Below are positions 21,474 through 29,271 of a stretch of 64,000 nucleotides of DNA, in pieces. Within the stretch, counting starts at the first letter, position 1. Every line of letters starts with the position of its first letter. Under the pieces are notes generated by a model. The model was not told the origin of the DNA. It saw only the letters and a program-made list of their open reading frames with translations, and ran no database searches. The position numbers were made by a program, and so were the translations under genes. The DNA lies in assembly GCA_020723995.1 (NCBI GenBank), contig DYHT01000005.1:3211-67210 (forward strand). Direction: 5' to 3'. The DNA is from Chloroflexus sp. (GTDB lineage: Bacteria; Chloroflexota; Anaerolineae; Anaerolineales; Villigracilaceae).

Positions 21474-22622
21474 ATGTTTACACGCGCTTACGAACCCCTT
21501 GACGCCCATCTCCGGCCCAATAAGGTGCTGGTGATTTATGGTCCCCGCCGGGTGGGCAAAACCACCCTTTTGCAAAATTACTTGAAACAGACTGGCTTGA
21601 AGTACAAGCTGGATTCAGGCGATAATGTGCGCACTCAGCAACTCTTGAGTTCGCAGGATTTCAACCAGATCCTGCCATACATCGAAGGCTATGAACTGCT
21701 TGCGATTGACGAAGCACAGAATATTCCTAATGTTGGCATGGGTTTGAAAATCATTGTAGATCAGGCGCCCGGTATCAATGTCATCGTAACCGGTTCGTCT
21801 TCGTTTGAACTGGCGGGACAAGTCGGCGAGCCATTGACCGGGCGCAAGCGCACGCTGACGCTCTATCCGCTGGCGCAATCTGAATTACTTTCCACCTACA
21901 ATAAGTTCGAGCTACGCGAACGCTTGTCGGAATTTCTTATCTTCGGTACGTACCCCGAAGTGCTGCAAGCCTCCACGCGGCAGGCACGCATCGAAGTGCT
22001 GACCGAAATCGCAAATTCGTATCTGCTCAAGGATATTCTTACTTTTGACCGCGTCAAAAGCTGGCGTACTTTACTCGACCTGCTCAAACTGCTGGCATTT
22101 CAGGTCGGCAGTGAAGTCTCTCTGGCGGAGTTGGCTACCCAGGTCGGTGTTGACGTGAAGACTGTCCAACGTTATTTGGACTTGCTGGAAAAAGCGTTTG
22201 TGATTATCCGCCTAAGTGGATTCAGCCGTAACCTGCGCCAGGAAGTGACCAATAAGTACAAGTATTATTTTCTGGATACCGGCATTCGCAACGCCGTCAT
22301 TGCCCAATTCAATGGATTGGATCAACGCAACGATGTCGGCGCGTTGTGGGAAAATTTCATACTCCTTGAGCGCCTGAAATATCGGGCGTATGCGGCGCTG
22401 TATGCCAACATCTATTTTTGGCGTACTTATAACCAACAGGAGATTGATCTGATCGAAGAGCGTGACGGGAATCTGTTCGGGTACGAGTTCAAGTGGTCTT
22501 TATCCAAAGCCGTGAAACCGCCTAAAGACTGGCTAAGCGCTTATCCGGAGGCAGTATTCCAGCTTGTTCATCCAGAGAACTACCTGGATTTTGTCCTTCC
22601 CGTTCGAGGCCAAGGCCTATGA
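21474..22622 (+). CDS. AAA_14 / DUF4143 family ATPase (paralogue b)
   Basis: It has a Walker A motif (GPRRVGKT) and a C-terminal block YYFLDTGIRN..EIDLI..YEFKW (D...ExK, PD-(D/E)xK-like). The last 6 codons and the stop lie inside the rpoD-tail remnant. The ORF track starts at 21450; the start at 21474 is preferred from the promoter geometry. Confidence 0.85.
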   Translation: MFTRAYEPLDAHLRPNKVLVIYGPRRVGKTTLLQNYLKQTGLKYKLDSGDNVRTQQLLSSQDFNQILPYIEGYELLAIDEAQNIPNVGMGLKIIVDQAPGINVIVTGSSSFELAGQVGEPLTGRKRTLTLYPLAQSELLSTYNKFELRERLSEFLIFGTYPEVLQASTRQARIEVLTEIANSYLLKDILTFDRVKSWRTLLDLLKLLAFQVGSEVSLAELATQVGVDVKTVQRYLDLLEKAFVIIRLSGFSRNLRQEVTNKYKYYFLDTGIRNAVIAQFNGLDQRNDVGALWENFILLERLKYRAYAALYANIYFWRTYNQQEIDLIEERDGNLFGYEFKWSLSKAVKPPKDWLSAYPEAVFQLVHPENYLDFVLPVRGQGL

Positions 22623-22673
22623 AAGCTGCGGCATCCGACGAGGAGCAGGCATTTTAGGGATTATTTGGAATAG
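22604..22673 (+). repeat. Right copy of diverged direct repeat (decayed rpoD 3' end)
   Basis: After a 1-nt indel it translates to [15 protein letters not shown], compared with rpo[16 protein letters not shown]. Several differences are synonymous (ACC/ACG, CGG/AGG twice). Confidence 0.8.
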
Positions 22674-22724
22674 CCTCGCGAGGGTGGAAAATCAGCCCTC
22701 ATCTTTTTCGTAGACGGGGTAAAA

Positions 22725-23606
22725 TTGAATCACATTTCCGAGTGGAATATGAGTCTACCTTTTTTTCGCACACCCAAGCCCATTGAAAGCCAATTCAGCC
22801 CCCAGGCCGAGATTGTTTTGTATCAGGGCGATGTCAAAGATTTCCTCGCCGAGATACCGAATGATATGGTTAGCTTGATTATTACCTCGCCTCCCTATAA
22901 CCTCGGAAAGGATTATGAAAATCGAGTTTCAATAGTAACATATCTCAAAGCGCAAACTGAAATTATCGCTGAACTTTTTCGTGTGCTGAAAACAGAAGGA
23001 AGCATTTGCTGGCAGGTAGGGAATTTTATAGAAAATGGCGAAGTTTATCCGTTGGACATTTTGTACTACGATATTTTCAAAAAACTCGGCTTGCATTTGC
23101 GAAATAGAATAATTTGGCGTTTCGGACACGGTTTACATGCCTCGAAGCGATTTTCAGGACGTTATGAAACAATCCTGTGGTTTACCAAGAGCGACAAATA
23201 CATATTCAATCTCGATGATATTCGTGTGCCTTCCAAGTATCCTGGTAAGCGTCACTTCAAAGGCGCAAAAAAAGGACAGCTTTCTGGAAATCCATTGGGT
23301 AAAAACCCCTCCGACGTTTGGGAAGTTGTTACGCGGGATTGGGAGGAAGAACTTTGGGATATTCCAAACGTCAAAGCCAATCATCCCGAAAAAACCGGCC
23401 ACCCTTGCCAGTTTCCTATTGAACTTGTCGAGCGTTGCGTTCTAGCGCTGACCAACGAAGATGACTGGGTTTTCGATCCGTTTGCGGGGGTTGGATCCGC
23501 CTTGATTGCGGCAGTTATGCACAACAGGCGCGCGATGGGAAGTGATAGTGATAAGGAAGAAGGTAACTATTCAGCCAGCGCTGAGTACACCGATTTGTCA
23601 CTCTGA
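22725..23606 (+). CDS. Site-specific DNA methyltransferase (beta-class N4/N6, SPPY motif), 3' end interrupted by a MITE
   Basis: Motif IV TSPPYN precedes motif I DPFAGVGS. From codon ~280 the ORF reads into the MITE at 23563. The region is AT-richer. No restriction endonuclease gene was recognised next to it. Confidence 0.8.
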   Translation: MNHISEWNMSLPFFRTPKPIESQFSPQAEIVLYQGDVKDFLAEIPNDMVSLIITSPPYNLGKDYENRVSIVTYLKAQTEIIAELFRVLKTEGSICWQVGNFIENGEVYPLDILYYDIFKKLGLHLRNRIIWRFGHGLHASKRFSGRYETILWFTKSDKYIFNLDDIRVPSKYPGKRHFKGAKKGQLSGNPLGKNPSDVWEVVTRDWEEELWDIPNVKANHPEKTGHPCQFPIELVERCVLALTNEDDWVFDPFAGVGSALIAAVMHNRRAMGSDSDKEEGNYSASAEYTDLSL

Positions 23607-23713
23607 GCGGAGCGAAGAGTCCCCTCCAGCGTGGGGGATGCTTCGTCGCACACCGTCCTGGCGGTCGGTGCCAGGGAAAAACGCTCCTCAGCATGACAGG
23701 CCTGAATAGTTAC
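23563..23713 (+). mobile_element. 151-bp MITE, copy 2 (inside an ORF)
   Basis: It matches the family consensus. It is flanked by GAAGAA(G) and GAAGAA(T). Confidence 0.85.
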
Positions 23714-23854
23714 GAAGAATGGGTGAAAGAAATTCGTGATCAGTGTTTAAAAGCAAGAGTGCCTTTCTTCTTCAAGCAATGGGGCGGGATACGCAAGAAA
23801 AAAGCAGGCCGAATCCTGGAAGGGCAAACCTGGGATGAGATTCCAATCCAGTGA
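23714..23854 (+). pseudogene. Displaced 3' end of the interrupted ORF, with a tail resembling the phage Gp37/Gp68 (DUF5131) C-terminus
   Basis: It encodes [46 protein letters not shown]. It is in frame with the methyltransferase ORF once the MITE and one flanking repeat are removed. Confidence 0.55.
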
Positions 23855-23984
23855 GATTAAACGGGAGATAGACTTTAATGGTAGCCGGTATTGTGAATTT
23901 TGACACCCTTTCTCTGCTTTCCTGCCCCCTTGTGATAAAATTGCCCGTCAGTGTGCCTGTAAGATTTTTTGCAGAGGAGACTTT

Positions 23985-24341
23985 ATGCTGCTCGAATACG
24001 CCGCGATTGCCGCGTTCATCCTTGTCACCGCACTCGTTGGCTTTATTGCCATCGGCCTGGGCATGCTCTTCGGCCCGAAACGCCCGACCGACAAAAAGGC
24101 GATGCCGTATGAATCCGGCATGAATCCCATCGGGCCTGGCACGCGCCGGCTGCCGGTGCGGTTCTATCTCATCGCCGTCCTTTTTATCCTGTTCGACATC
24201 GAAGTTGTGTTTTTACTGCCCTACGCGATTGTCTTCCGCCAGTTGGGCTTGTTCGGTTTAATCGAGATGCTCATTTTCATTGTCATCTTGCTGGTAGGCT
24301 ATTTCTACGCCTGGAAGAAAGGAGCATTGGAATGGGAGTAG
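23985..24341 (+). CDS. nuoA: NADH-quinone oxidoreductase subunit A
   Basis: 118 aa with three TM segments and the YESGM motif. It is the first gene of the nuo cluster. Confidence 0.9.
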   Translation: MLLEYAAIAAFILVTALVGFIAIGLGMLFGPKRPTDKKAMPYESGMNPIGPGTRRLPVRFYLIAVLFILFDIEVVFLLPYAIVFRQLGLFGLIEMLIFIVILLVGYFYAWKKGALEWE

Positions 24342-24865
24342 AACAAAAACTCGGCAACATGGGCGTGATTACAACCACGCTGGAAGGCGCGGTCAACTGG
24401 AGCCGCACCAATGCCATGTGGCCGATGCTCTTCGGACTGGCCTGCTGCGCCATCGAAATGATGAGCGCGCAGGCTTCGCATAACGATCTGTCCCGTTTCG
24501 GCATGGAATTAATGCGCCCCTCGCCGCGCCAATCGGACCTGATGATTGTGGCCGGGCGCGTTTCGCGCAAGATGGCCCCGGTCCTGCGCCGCCTGTACGA
24601 CCAGATGCCCGAACCCAAGTGGGTCATCGCCATGGGTGACTGCGCTTCGTGCGGCGGCGTTTTCAATAACTACGCCGTCATGCAGGGCGTGGATGAGGTT
24701 GTGCCGGTGGATGTCTACGTGGCCGGCTGCCCGCCGCGCCCCGAGGCGTTGATCCACGGCATTGTCACGTTGTATGAAAAAGTGCGCAGTGAGAAGTTCG
24801 CGCCGGTGAAGAAAGAATCCACGAAGAACACGAAGAAACACGAAGTTTCAAGAACACCAAATTAA
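24332..24865 (+). CDS. nuoB: NADH-quinone oxidoreductase subunit B
   Basis: It has the [17 protein letters not shown] and GCPPRPE cluster-N2 motifs. The C-terminal tail [18 protein letters not shown] is encoded by tandem repeats. Confidence 0.95.
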   Translation: MGVEQKLGNMGVITTTLEGAVNWSRTNAMWPMLFGLACCAIEMMSAQASHNDLSRFGMELMRPSPRQSDLMIVAGRVSRKMAPVLRRLYDQMPEPKWVIAMGDCASCGGVFNNYAVMQGVDEVVPVDVYVAGCPPRPEALIHGIVTLYEKVRSEKFAPVKKESTKNTKKHEVSRTPN

Positions 24866-24885
24866 TAAATAATTCGTGAAATTCG
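24819..24885 (+). repeat. 9-10-nt tandem repeat (CACGAAGAA)x3 with a partial inverted block (TTCGTG)
   Basis: Read directly. It overlaps the nuoB 3' end and the nuoB-nuoC spacer. Confidence 0.75.
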
Positions 24886-25431
24886 ATGCTGGTGAGAGAA
24901 TTCATGGATAAGAAACTGCAAACCATCATCCAGAAATTGGAAAAAGAATTGGGTGCAACCGCCTCCGAGCAGCGCGGCGAGGAGAGCCTGATCGTCGCGG
25001 CGGAGAAAATCGTCGCGGCGTGCGAACAGGTTCAGGGTCAAAGCTTCGAACTGCTCTCTGCCATGACCGCCGTGGATTACTGGCCGCAGGCATCGTCCCC
25101 GCAGGGGGAAAATCCCCGTTTCCACGTCATATATCAATTTACGTCAGTCTCCAAAAACCTGAGCCTGACCCTACACGTGCCGGTTCCTGGCATCAACCCG
25201 TCCCTGCCGACCGTTTCGCACATCTACCGCAATGCCAATTGGCGCGAGCGCGAATTGTGGGATATGTTCGGCATCAAGTTCGAGGGGCATCCGGACTTGC
25301 GCCGCATCCTGATGCCCGCCGACTGGGAAGGCCATCCGCTGCGCAAGGATTACCCGCTGGGTTACGAAGAGCCGCAGTTCACCTTCAACTTCGAAGAGAT
25401 TGACCTGCGCAAGCCGTATGCAAAGGGGTAG
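24886..25431 (+). CDS. nuoC: NADH-quinone oxidoreductase subunit C
   Basis: It has the NuoC motifs ([37 protein letters not shown]). The start may instead be the ATG at 24904. Confidence 0.9.
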   Translation: MLVREFMDKKLQTIIQKLEKELGATASEQRGEESLIVAAEKIVAACEQVQGQSFELLSAMTAVDYWPQASSPQGENPRFHVIYQFTSVSKNLSLTLHVPVPGINPSLPTVSHIYRNANWRERELWDMFGIKFEGHPDLRRILMPADWEGHPLRKDYPLGYEEPQFTFNFEEIDLRKPYAKG

Positions 25432-25501
25432 GGCGGCTTTCCATAGCCGCCACCGTGTAGCGGCGGGTATCCCCTTCGGGGATAAGCGAAACCCGCCCTA
25501 C
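25428..25501. repeat. 74-nt compound REP-like hairpin GTAGGGCGG...CCGCCCTAC with two inner hairpins
   Basis: The outer stem is 9 bp. The inner hairpins are GGCGGCT/AGCCGCC and TATCCCC-TTCG-GGGGATA. It lies in the nuoC-nuoD spacer. Confidence 0.7.
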
Positions 25502-25515
25502 CGTAACGAGGCATT

Positions 25516-26745
25516 ATGACCGATCTGCAAGAAGTAACCGTTGAAGACCTGAAGCATCTTGTCTCCGAGCGCGCCATCCAGGGCGAGACCGTGCTGCTGA
25601 ACATGGGCCCGCAGCATCCCTCCACGCACGGCGTGCTGCGCCTGCTGCTCGAACTGGACGGCGAAATCGTCGTCAACTGCATCCCCGACATCGGCTTTCT
25701 GCACACCGGCATCGAGAAGAACATGGAAGCCAGGAACTACCAGCAAGCCGAAGTGATGACCGACCGGCTGGACTATCTGAATACGGTTGGCAACAACCTG
25801 GCCTATTCGCTGGCGGTCGAAAAACTGATTGAACTGGACGTGCCAGCCCGCGCCCAAGCCATCCGCGTCATTTTGACCGAACTCCAGCGCATCGCCTCGC
25901 ACCTTGTCTGGCTGGCCACCGCCGCCCTGGACGTGGCGGCCATGTCCACCTTCTTGTACTGCTTCCGCGAGCGCGAGCAAATTCTGAACATGCTCGAACT
26001 CTGCTCCGGCCAGCGCATGATGACCACTTACATTCGTCCCGGCGGGTTGTGGCGGGACGTGCCGGTCGAATTCGAGACCGCCGTCCGCAATTTCATCAAA
26101 ATTTTCCCCAAACGGATCGACCAGTACGAAGCGCTCCTGACCCGCAACCCGCTCTTCCTCGACCGGACGCTGGGCATCGGAAAAATCTCCGGCGCGGACG
26201 CGCTCAACCTGGGTATGACCGGCCCAAGCCTGCGCGCCTCGGGCGTGTACTGGGACCTGCGCAAGGCGCGACCGTACTCCGGTTACGAGCAGTACCAGTT
26301 CGCGGTGCCGACCCGCTCCGAAGGCGACGTGTACGCCCGGTACTTAGTCCGCATCGAGGAATTGCGCCAATCGCTGAAAATCGTCGAGCAGGCCTTGAAC
26401 AAACTGCCGCTGGGGCCGGTGCGCTCCAATAATCATAAATTCGTCCCGCCGCCGCGCTCGGAAATCGGCGTCAGCATGGAGGCGCTCATCCACCACTTCA
26501 AGCTGTGGACGGAGGGCTTTAATGCACCGAAAGGCGCGGTCTACAGCGCGGTCGAATCGCCGCGCGGGGAGTTGGGCGTCTATCTGGAATCGGACGGGGG
26601 CCCAAAGCCGTACCGCGTCCACTGGCGCACGCCGTCGTTCGATAACTTGCAGGCGATGCCCTTGATGTCCAAAGGCGTGTTGGTCGCTGACCTGGTGGCC
26701 ATTATCGGCTCGGTGGACATTGTGCTGGGAGATGTGGATAGATGA
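25516..26745 (+). CDS. nuoD: NADH-quinone oxidoreductase subunit D
   Basis: 409 aa with NMGPQHPSTHGVLRL and a C-terminal SVDIVLGDVDR motif. Confidence 0.97.
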   Translation: MTDLQEVTVEDLKHLVSERAIQGETVLLNMGPQHPSTHGVLRLLLELDGEIVVNCIPDIGFLHTGIEKNMEARNYQQAEVMTDRLDYLNTVGNNLAYSLAVEKLIELDVPARAQAIRVILTELQRIASHLVWLATAALDVAAMSTFLYCFREREQILNMLELCSGQRMMTTYIRPGGLWRDVPVEFETAVRNFIKIFPKRIDQYEALLTRNPLFLDRTLGIGKISGADALNLGMTGPSLRASGVYWDLRKARPYSGYEQYQFAVPTRSEGDVYARYLVRIEELRQSLKIVEQALNKLPLGPVRSNNHKFVPPPRSEIGVSMEALIHHFKLWTEGFNAPKGAVYSAVESPRGELGVYLESDGGPKPYRVHWRTPSFDNLQAMPLMSKGVLVADLVAIIGSVDIVLGDVDR

Positions 26746-26787
26746 GTGTCACGTGCAAAGTGTCACGTGTCAGGTGTCAAGTGTGAG
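26746..26787 (+). repeat. Tandem heptamers GTGTCAC GTGCAAA GTGTCAC GTGTCAG GTGTCAA GTGTGAG
   Basis: Six consecutive 7-nt units read directly in the nuoD-nuoE spacer. Confidence 0.8.
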
Positions 26788-26792
26788 GTTTT

Positions 26793-27287
26793 ATGCTGGC
26801 TGAAAAATATCCGCAAGAAGTGAAGAAGATTCTGGCAAAGTATCCGCCGGAGCAGAAGCGCTCGGCCGTCATGCCGCTATTATATCTGGCGCAACGTGAG
26901 AGCGGTTACGTGACGAAAGAGGCGTTGAAAGATATTGCTGCCATGCTCGAAATAACGTCGACTGAAGTGGTCTCGATCATTGGCTTTTACACGCTTTTCC
27001 ACGATGAGAAGGCTGGCAAATACCGCATGCAAGTCTGCACCGACCTGCCCTGCGCCCTGCGCGGCGCGGACAAGTTCCTCGAGGAACTGTGCGGCAATCT
27101 CGGCGTCAAAGTCGGCGGGACGACTGCCGACGGGATGGTGACGGTCGAGGCGGTGATGTGCCTGGCAGCCTGCGACAAGGCGCCAATGTTCCAGTTGCAA
27201 AGTGCGGATGGCATTGAATATCATGAGAATATGACGGTTGACAGGACGATGGAACTAGTCGAGGCGCTGCGAAAGAGTAAAGCGTAA
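26793..27287 (+). CDS. nuoE: NADH-quinone oxidoreductase subunit E
   Basis: 164 aa with a 2Fe-2S pattern (C..DLPC....CLAACDKAP). The stop codon directly abuts MITE copy 3. Confidence 0.93.
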   Translation: MLAEKYPQEVKKILAKYPPEQKRSAVMPLLYLAQRESGYVTKEALKDIAAMLEITSTEVVSIIGFYTLFHDEKAGKYRMQVCTDLPCALRGADKFLEELCGNLGVKVGGTTADGMVTVEAVMCLAACDKAPMFQLQSADGIEYHENMTVDRTMELVEALRKSKA

Positions 27288-27438
27288 GTAACTATTCAGC
27301 CAGCGCTGAGTACACCGATTTGTCACTCTGAGCAGAGCGAAGAGTCCCCTCCAGCGTGGGGGATGCTTCGTCGCACACCGTCCTGGCGGTCGGTGCCAGG
27401 GAAAAACGCTCCTCAGCATGACAGGCCTGAATAGTTAC
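27288..27438 (+). mobile_element. 151-bp MITE, copy 3
   Basis: It has one substitution relative to copy 2. There is no flanking direct repeat. It abuts the nuoE stop on the left and a truncated HEPN ORF on the right. Confidence 0.85.
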
Positions 27439-27439
27439 C

Positions 27440-27595
27440 ACTGTTCAACAACAAAACTTATTGGCCGATATGAACTCTTTCAACATTCGCGGGCGCTATC
27501 CTGAAATGATGGGCAAACCACCCTCAGCAAAACAAACTCAGGCCATCCTCAAACAGGCAAAGGAGGTGCTTGAATGGTTGATAGCGCAGTTGTGA
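27440..27595 (+). pseudogene. C-terminal remnant (~51 codons) of a HEPN-domain toxin gene
   Basis: It encodes ..NSFNIRGRYPEMMGKPPSAKQTQAILKQAKEVLEWLIAQL*, with the (YY)IxxRYPD-type HEPN C-terminus. The N-terminal two-thirds is absent. It overlaps the start of the nucleotidyltransferase gene. Confidence 0.6.
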
Positions 27596-27903
27596 AATCG
27601 GTTCAAAATTATTTGCGTGCGGTGACGCAAAAGGGCGTCCCTGTCCGCTATGGCGTTTTGTATGGTTCATATGCAACAGGGAAAGCGCATAAGTGGAGCG
27701 ATATTGACTTGCTGGTAATTTCACCTCGCTTCGACAAGAAATTCAAGCGTGCTGATATTGATGTGCTTTGGCATGTTGCGGCTGATGTGGATAGCCGCAT
27801 CGAACCAATTGCGGTTGGTGAACGGCAGTACAAGGAAGATAACAGTAGTTTCATTATCGAGATCGCCCGGCGTGAAGGGCAGATCATACCGCTTGCAGAG
27901 TAA
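27574..27903 (+). CDS. Nucleotidyltransferase-domain protein (MNT-type antitoxin partner of HEPN)
   Basis: 109 aa with the motif GSYATGKAHKWSDIDLLV (GSxxxGxxxxxSDxD). Confidence 0.8.
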   Translation: MVDSAVVKSVQNYLRAVTQKGVPVRYGVLYGSYATGKAHKWSDIDLLVISPRFDKKFKRADIDVLWHVAADVDSRIEPIAVGERQYKEDNSSFIIEIARREGQIIPLAE

Positions 27904-27907
27904 ACCC

Positions 27908-29146
27908 ATGAGCCAATATTTCCTTCTGCGTCATCGTGACATTCCCGGAATTGGCAAGATAGATGTCTACAAAAAGAACGGCGGCTTCGAGGCCTTCAAG
28001 AAGGCCGTCACCAGCATGAAACCCGCCGAAGTGACCGACGCGGTCAAGGCCTCCGGTCTGCGCGGGCGCGGCGGCGCGGGCTTCCCGGCCGGCGTCAAAT
28101 GGTCATTCATTCCGAATAATATCTGGCCGCATTACGTGGTTGCCAACGCCGATGAGTCCGAGCCTGGCACCTTCAAAGACCGCGAAATCATGGAAAGCAA
28201 TCCATACCAGTTTTTGGAAGGCGTGGCCATCGCGGCCTACGCGGTCGGGGCGAATGCGGCCTACGTCTATCTGCGCGGCGAATTCTGGCCGGTAGCGCAC
28301 TTCCTCGACGAGAAAATCGCCGAGATGGAAAAGGCCGGTTTCCTGGGCGATAAACTCTTCGGCACGGATTACAGCCTGCGCATCCACACCCACCTCGGCG
28401 CGGGCGCCTACATCTGCGGCGAAGAGACCGCTCTGCTCGAATCGATGGAAGGCAAGCGCGGCCAGCCGCGCATCCGCCCGCCCTTCCCGGCGGTCTACGG
28501 TCTGTACGGCAAGCCGACCGTAGTCAACAACGTCGAGACGCTGACCAACGTGCCGCTGATTATCGAAAAAGGCGCGGACTGGTACAAGTCGCTGGGAACG
28601 CCCGATAGCGCGGGCGTGAAAATCTTCAGCTTGTCTGGCCGCGTCAAGAAGCCCGGCAACTACGAACTGCCCTTCGGCACCACCTTCCGCGAACTGATTT
28701 ACAAGTACGGCGGCGGGATCATTGACGACCGGCCAGTCAAGGCGATTATGGCAGCGGGTGCGTCGTCCACCATGATTGTAGCGGATGACAAGGCGCTCGA
28801 CACGCCGATGGACTATGCCTCTGTCCGCGCGCTGGGCGCGGATCTCGGTTCGGCCTCGGTCATCGTGATTGACGACACCGTCTCGATTGATTGGGTCATC
28901 GGCAAGACCATTCACTTTTTCGAGCACGAATCGTGCGGCAAATGCACGCCCTGCCGCGAAGGCTGCTACTGGATGCTGCACCTCATCGAGCGCATCGAGC
29001 ATGGCGAAAAGACGAAGGAAAACGTGGAACTGCTGCACAGCGTGGCCAAGCAAATGCAGAACAAGTGCCTGTGCCCGCTGGGCGAGTTTTCCACGATGGC
29101 GGTGACGACCGCGATTGAACGCTTCCCGGCGGATTTTAAAGATTAA
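27908..29146 (+). CDS. nuoF: NADH-quinone oxidoreductase subunit F
   Basis: It has GLRGRGGAGFP, the FMN/NADH-binding motifs, and ESCGKCTPCREG for cluster N3. The start is set at MSQYFLL; the longer ORF from 27749 overlaps the MNT gene. Confidence 0.95.
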   Translation: MSQYFLLRHRDIPGIGKIDVYKKNGGFEAFKKAVTSMKPAEVTDAVKASGLRGRGGAGFPAGVKWSFIPNNIWPHYVVANADESEPGTFKDREIMESNPYQFLEGVAIAAYAVGANAAYVYLRGEFWPVAHFLDEKIAEMEKAGFLGDKLFGTDYSLRIHTHLGAGAYICGEETALLESMEGKRGQPRIRPPFPAVYGLYGKPTVVNNVETLTNVPLIIEKGADWYKSLGTPDSAGVKIFSLSGRVKKPGNYELPFGTTFRELIYKYGGGIIDDRPVKAIMAAGASSTMIVADDKALDTPMDYASVRALGADLGSASVIVIDDTVSIDWVIGKTIHFFEHESCGKCTPCREGCYWMLHLIERIEHGEKTKENVELLHSVAKQMQNKCLCPLGEFSTMAVTTAIERFPADFKD

Positions 29147-29230
29147 CCACGAAGGACACGAAGAGCACGAAGTAAGAAGAATAACAAAAAATCCGTGTTA
29201 ATCCGTGTTGATCCGTGAAATCCGTGTCCG
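29147..29230 (+). repeat. Tandem 9-mers (CACGAAGGA)x3-4 followed by tandem 9-10-mers (ATCCGTGTT)x4
   Basis: Read directly in the nuoF-nuoG spacer. Confidence 0.8.
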
Positions 29231-29271
29231 AATTTTTACAGTGTCCGCACTCCTCTTTACGGAGCGAATGA

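Noticed and set aside
25428-25501. A tRNA-like 74-nt cloverleaf between nuoC and nuoD.
   Set aside because: It has no T-loop (GTTCRA) or D-loop consensus and no plausible anticodon arm. It shares GTAGGGCGG/CCGCCCTAC ends with other REP-like hairpins.
27749-27907. An N-terminal extension of nuoF in the 465-aa version of the ORF.
   Set aside because: The extension overlaps the MNT gene in another frame. NuoF homology begins at MSQYFLL (27908).
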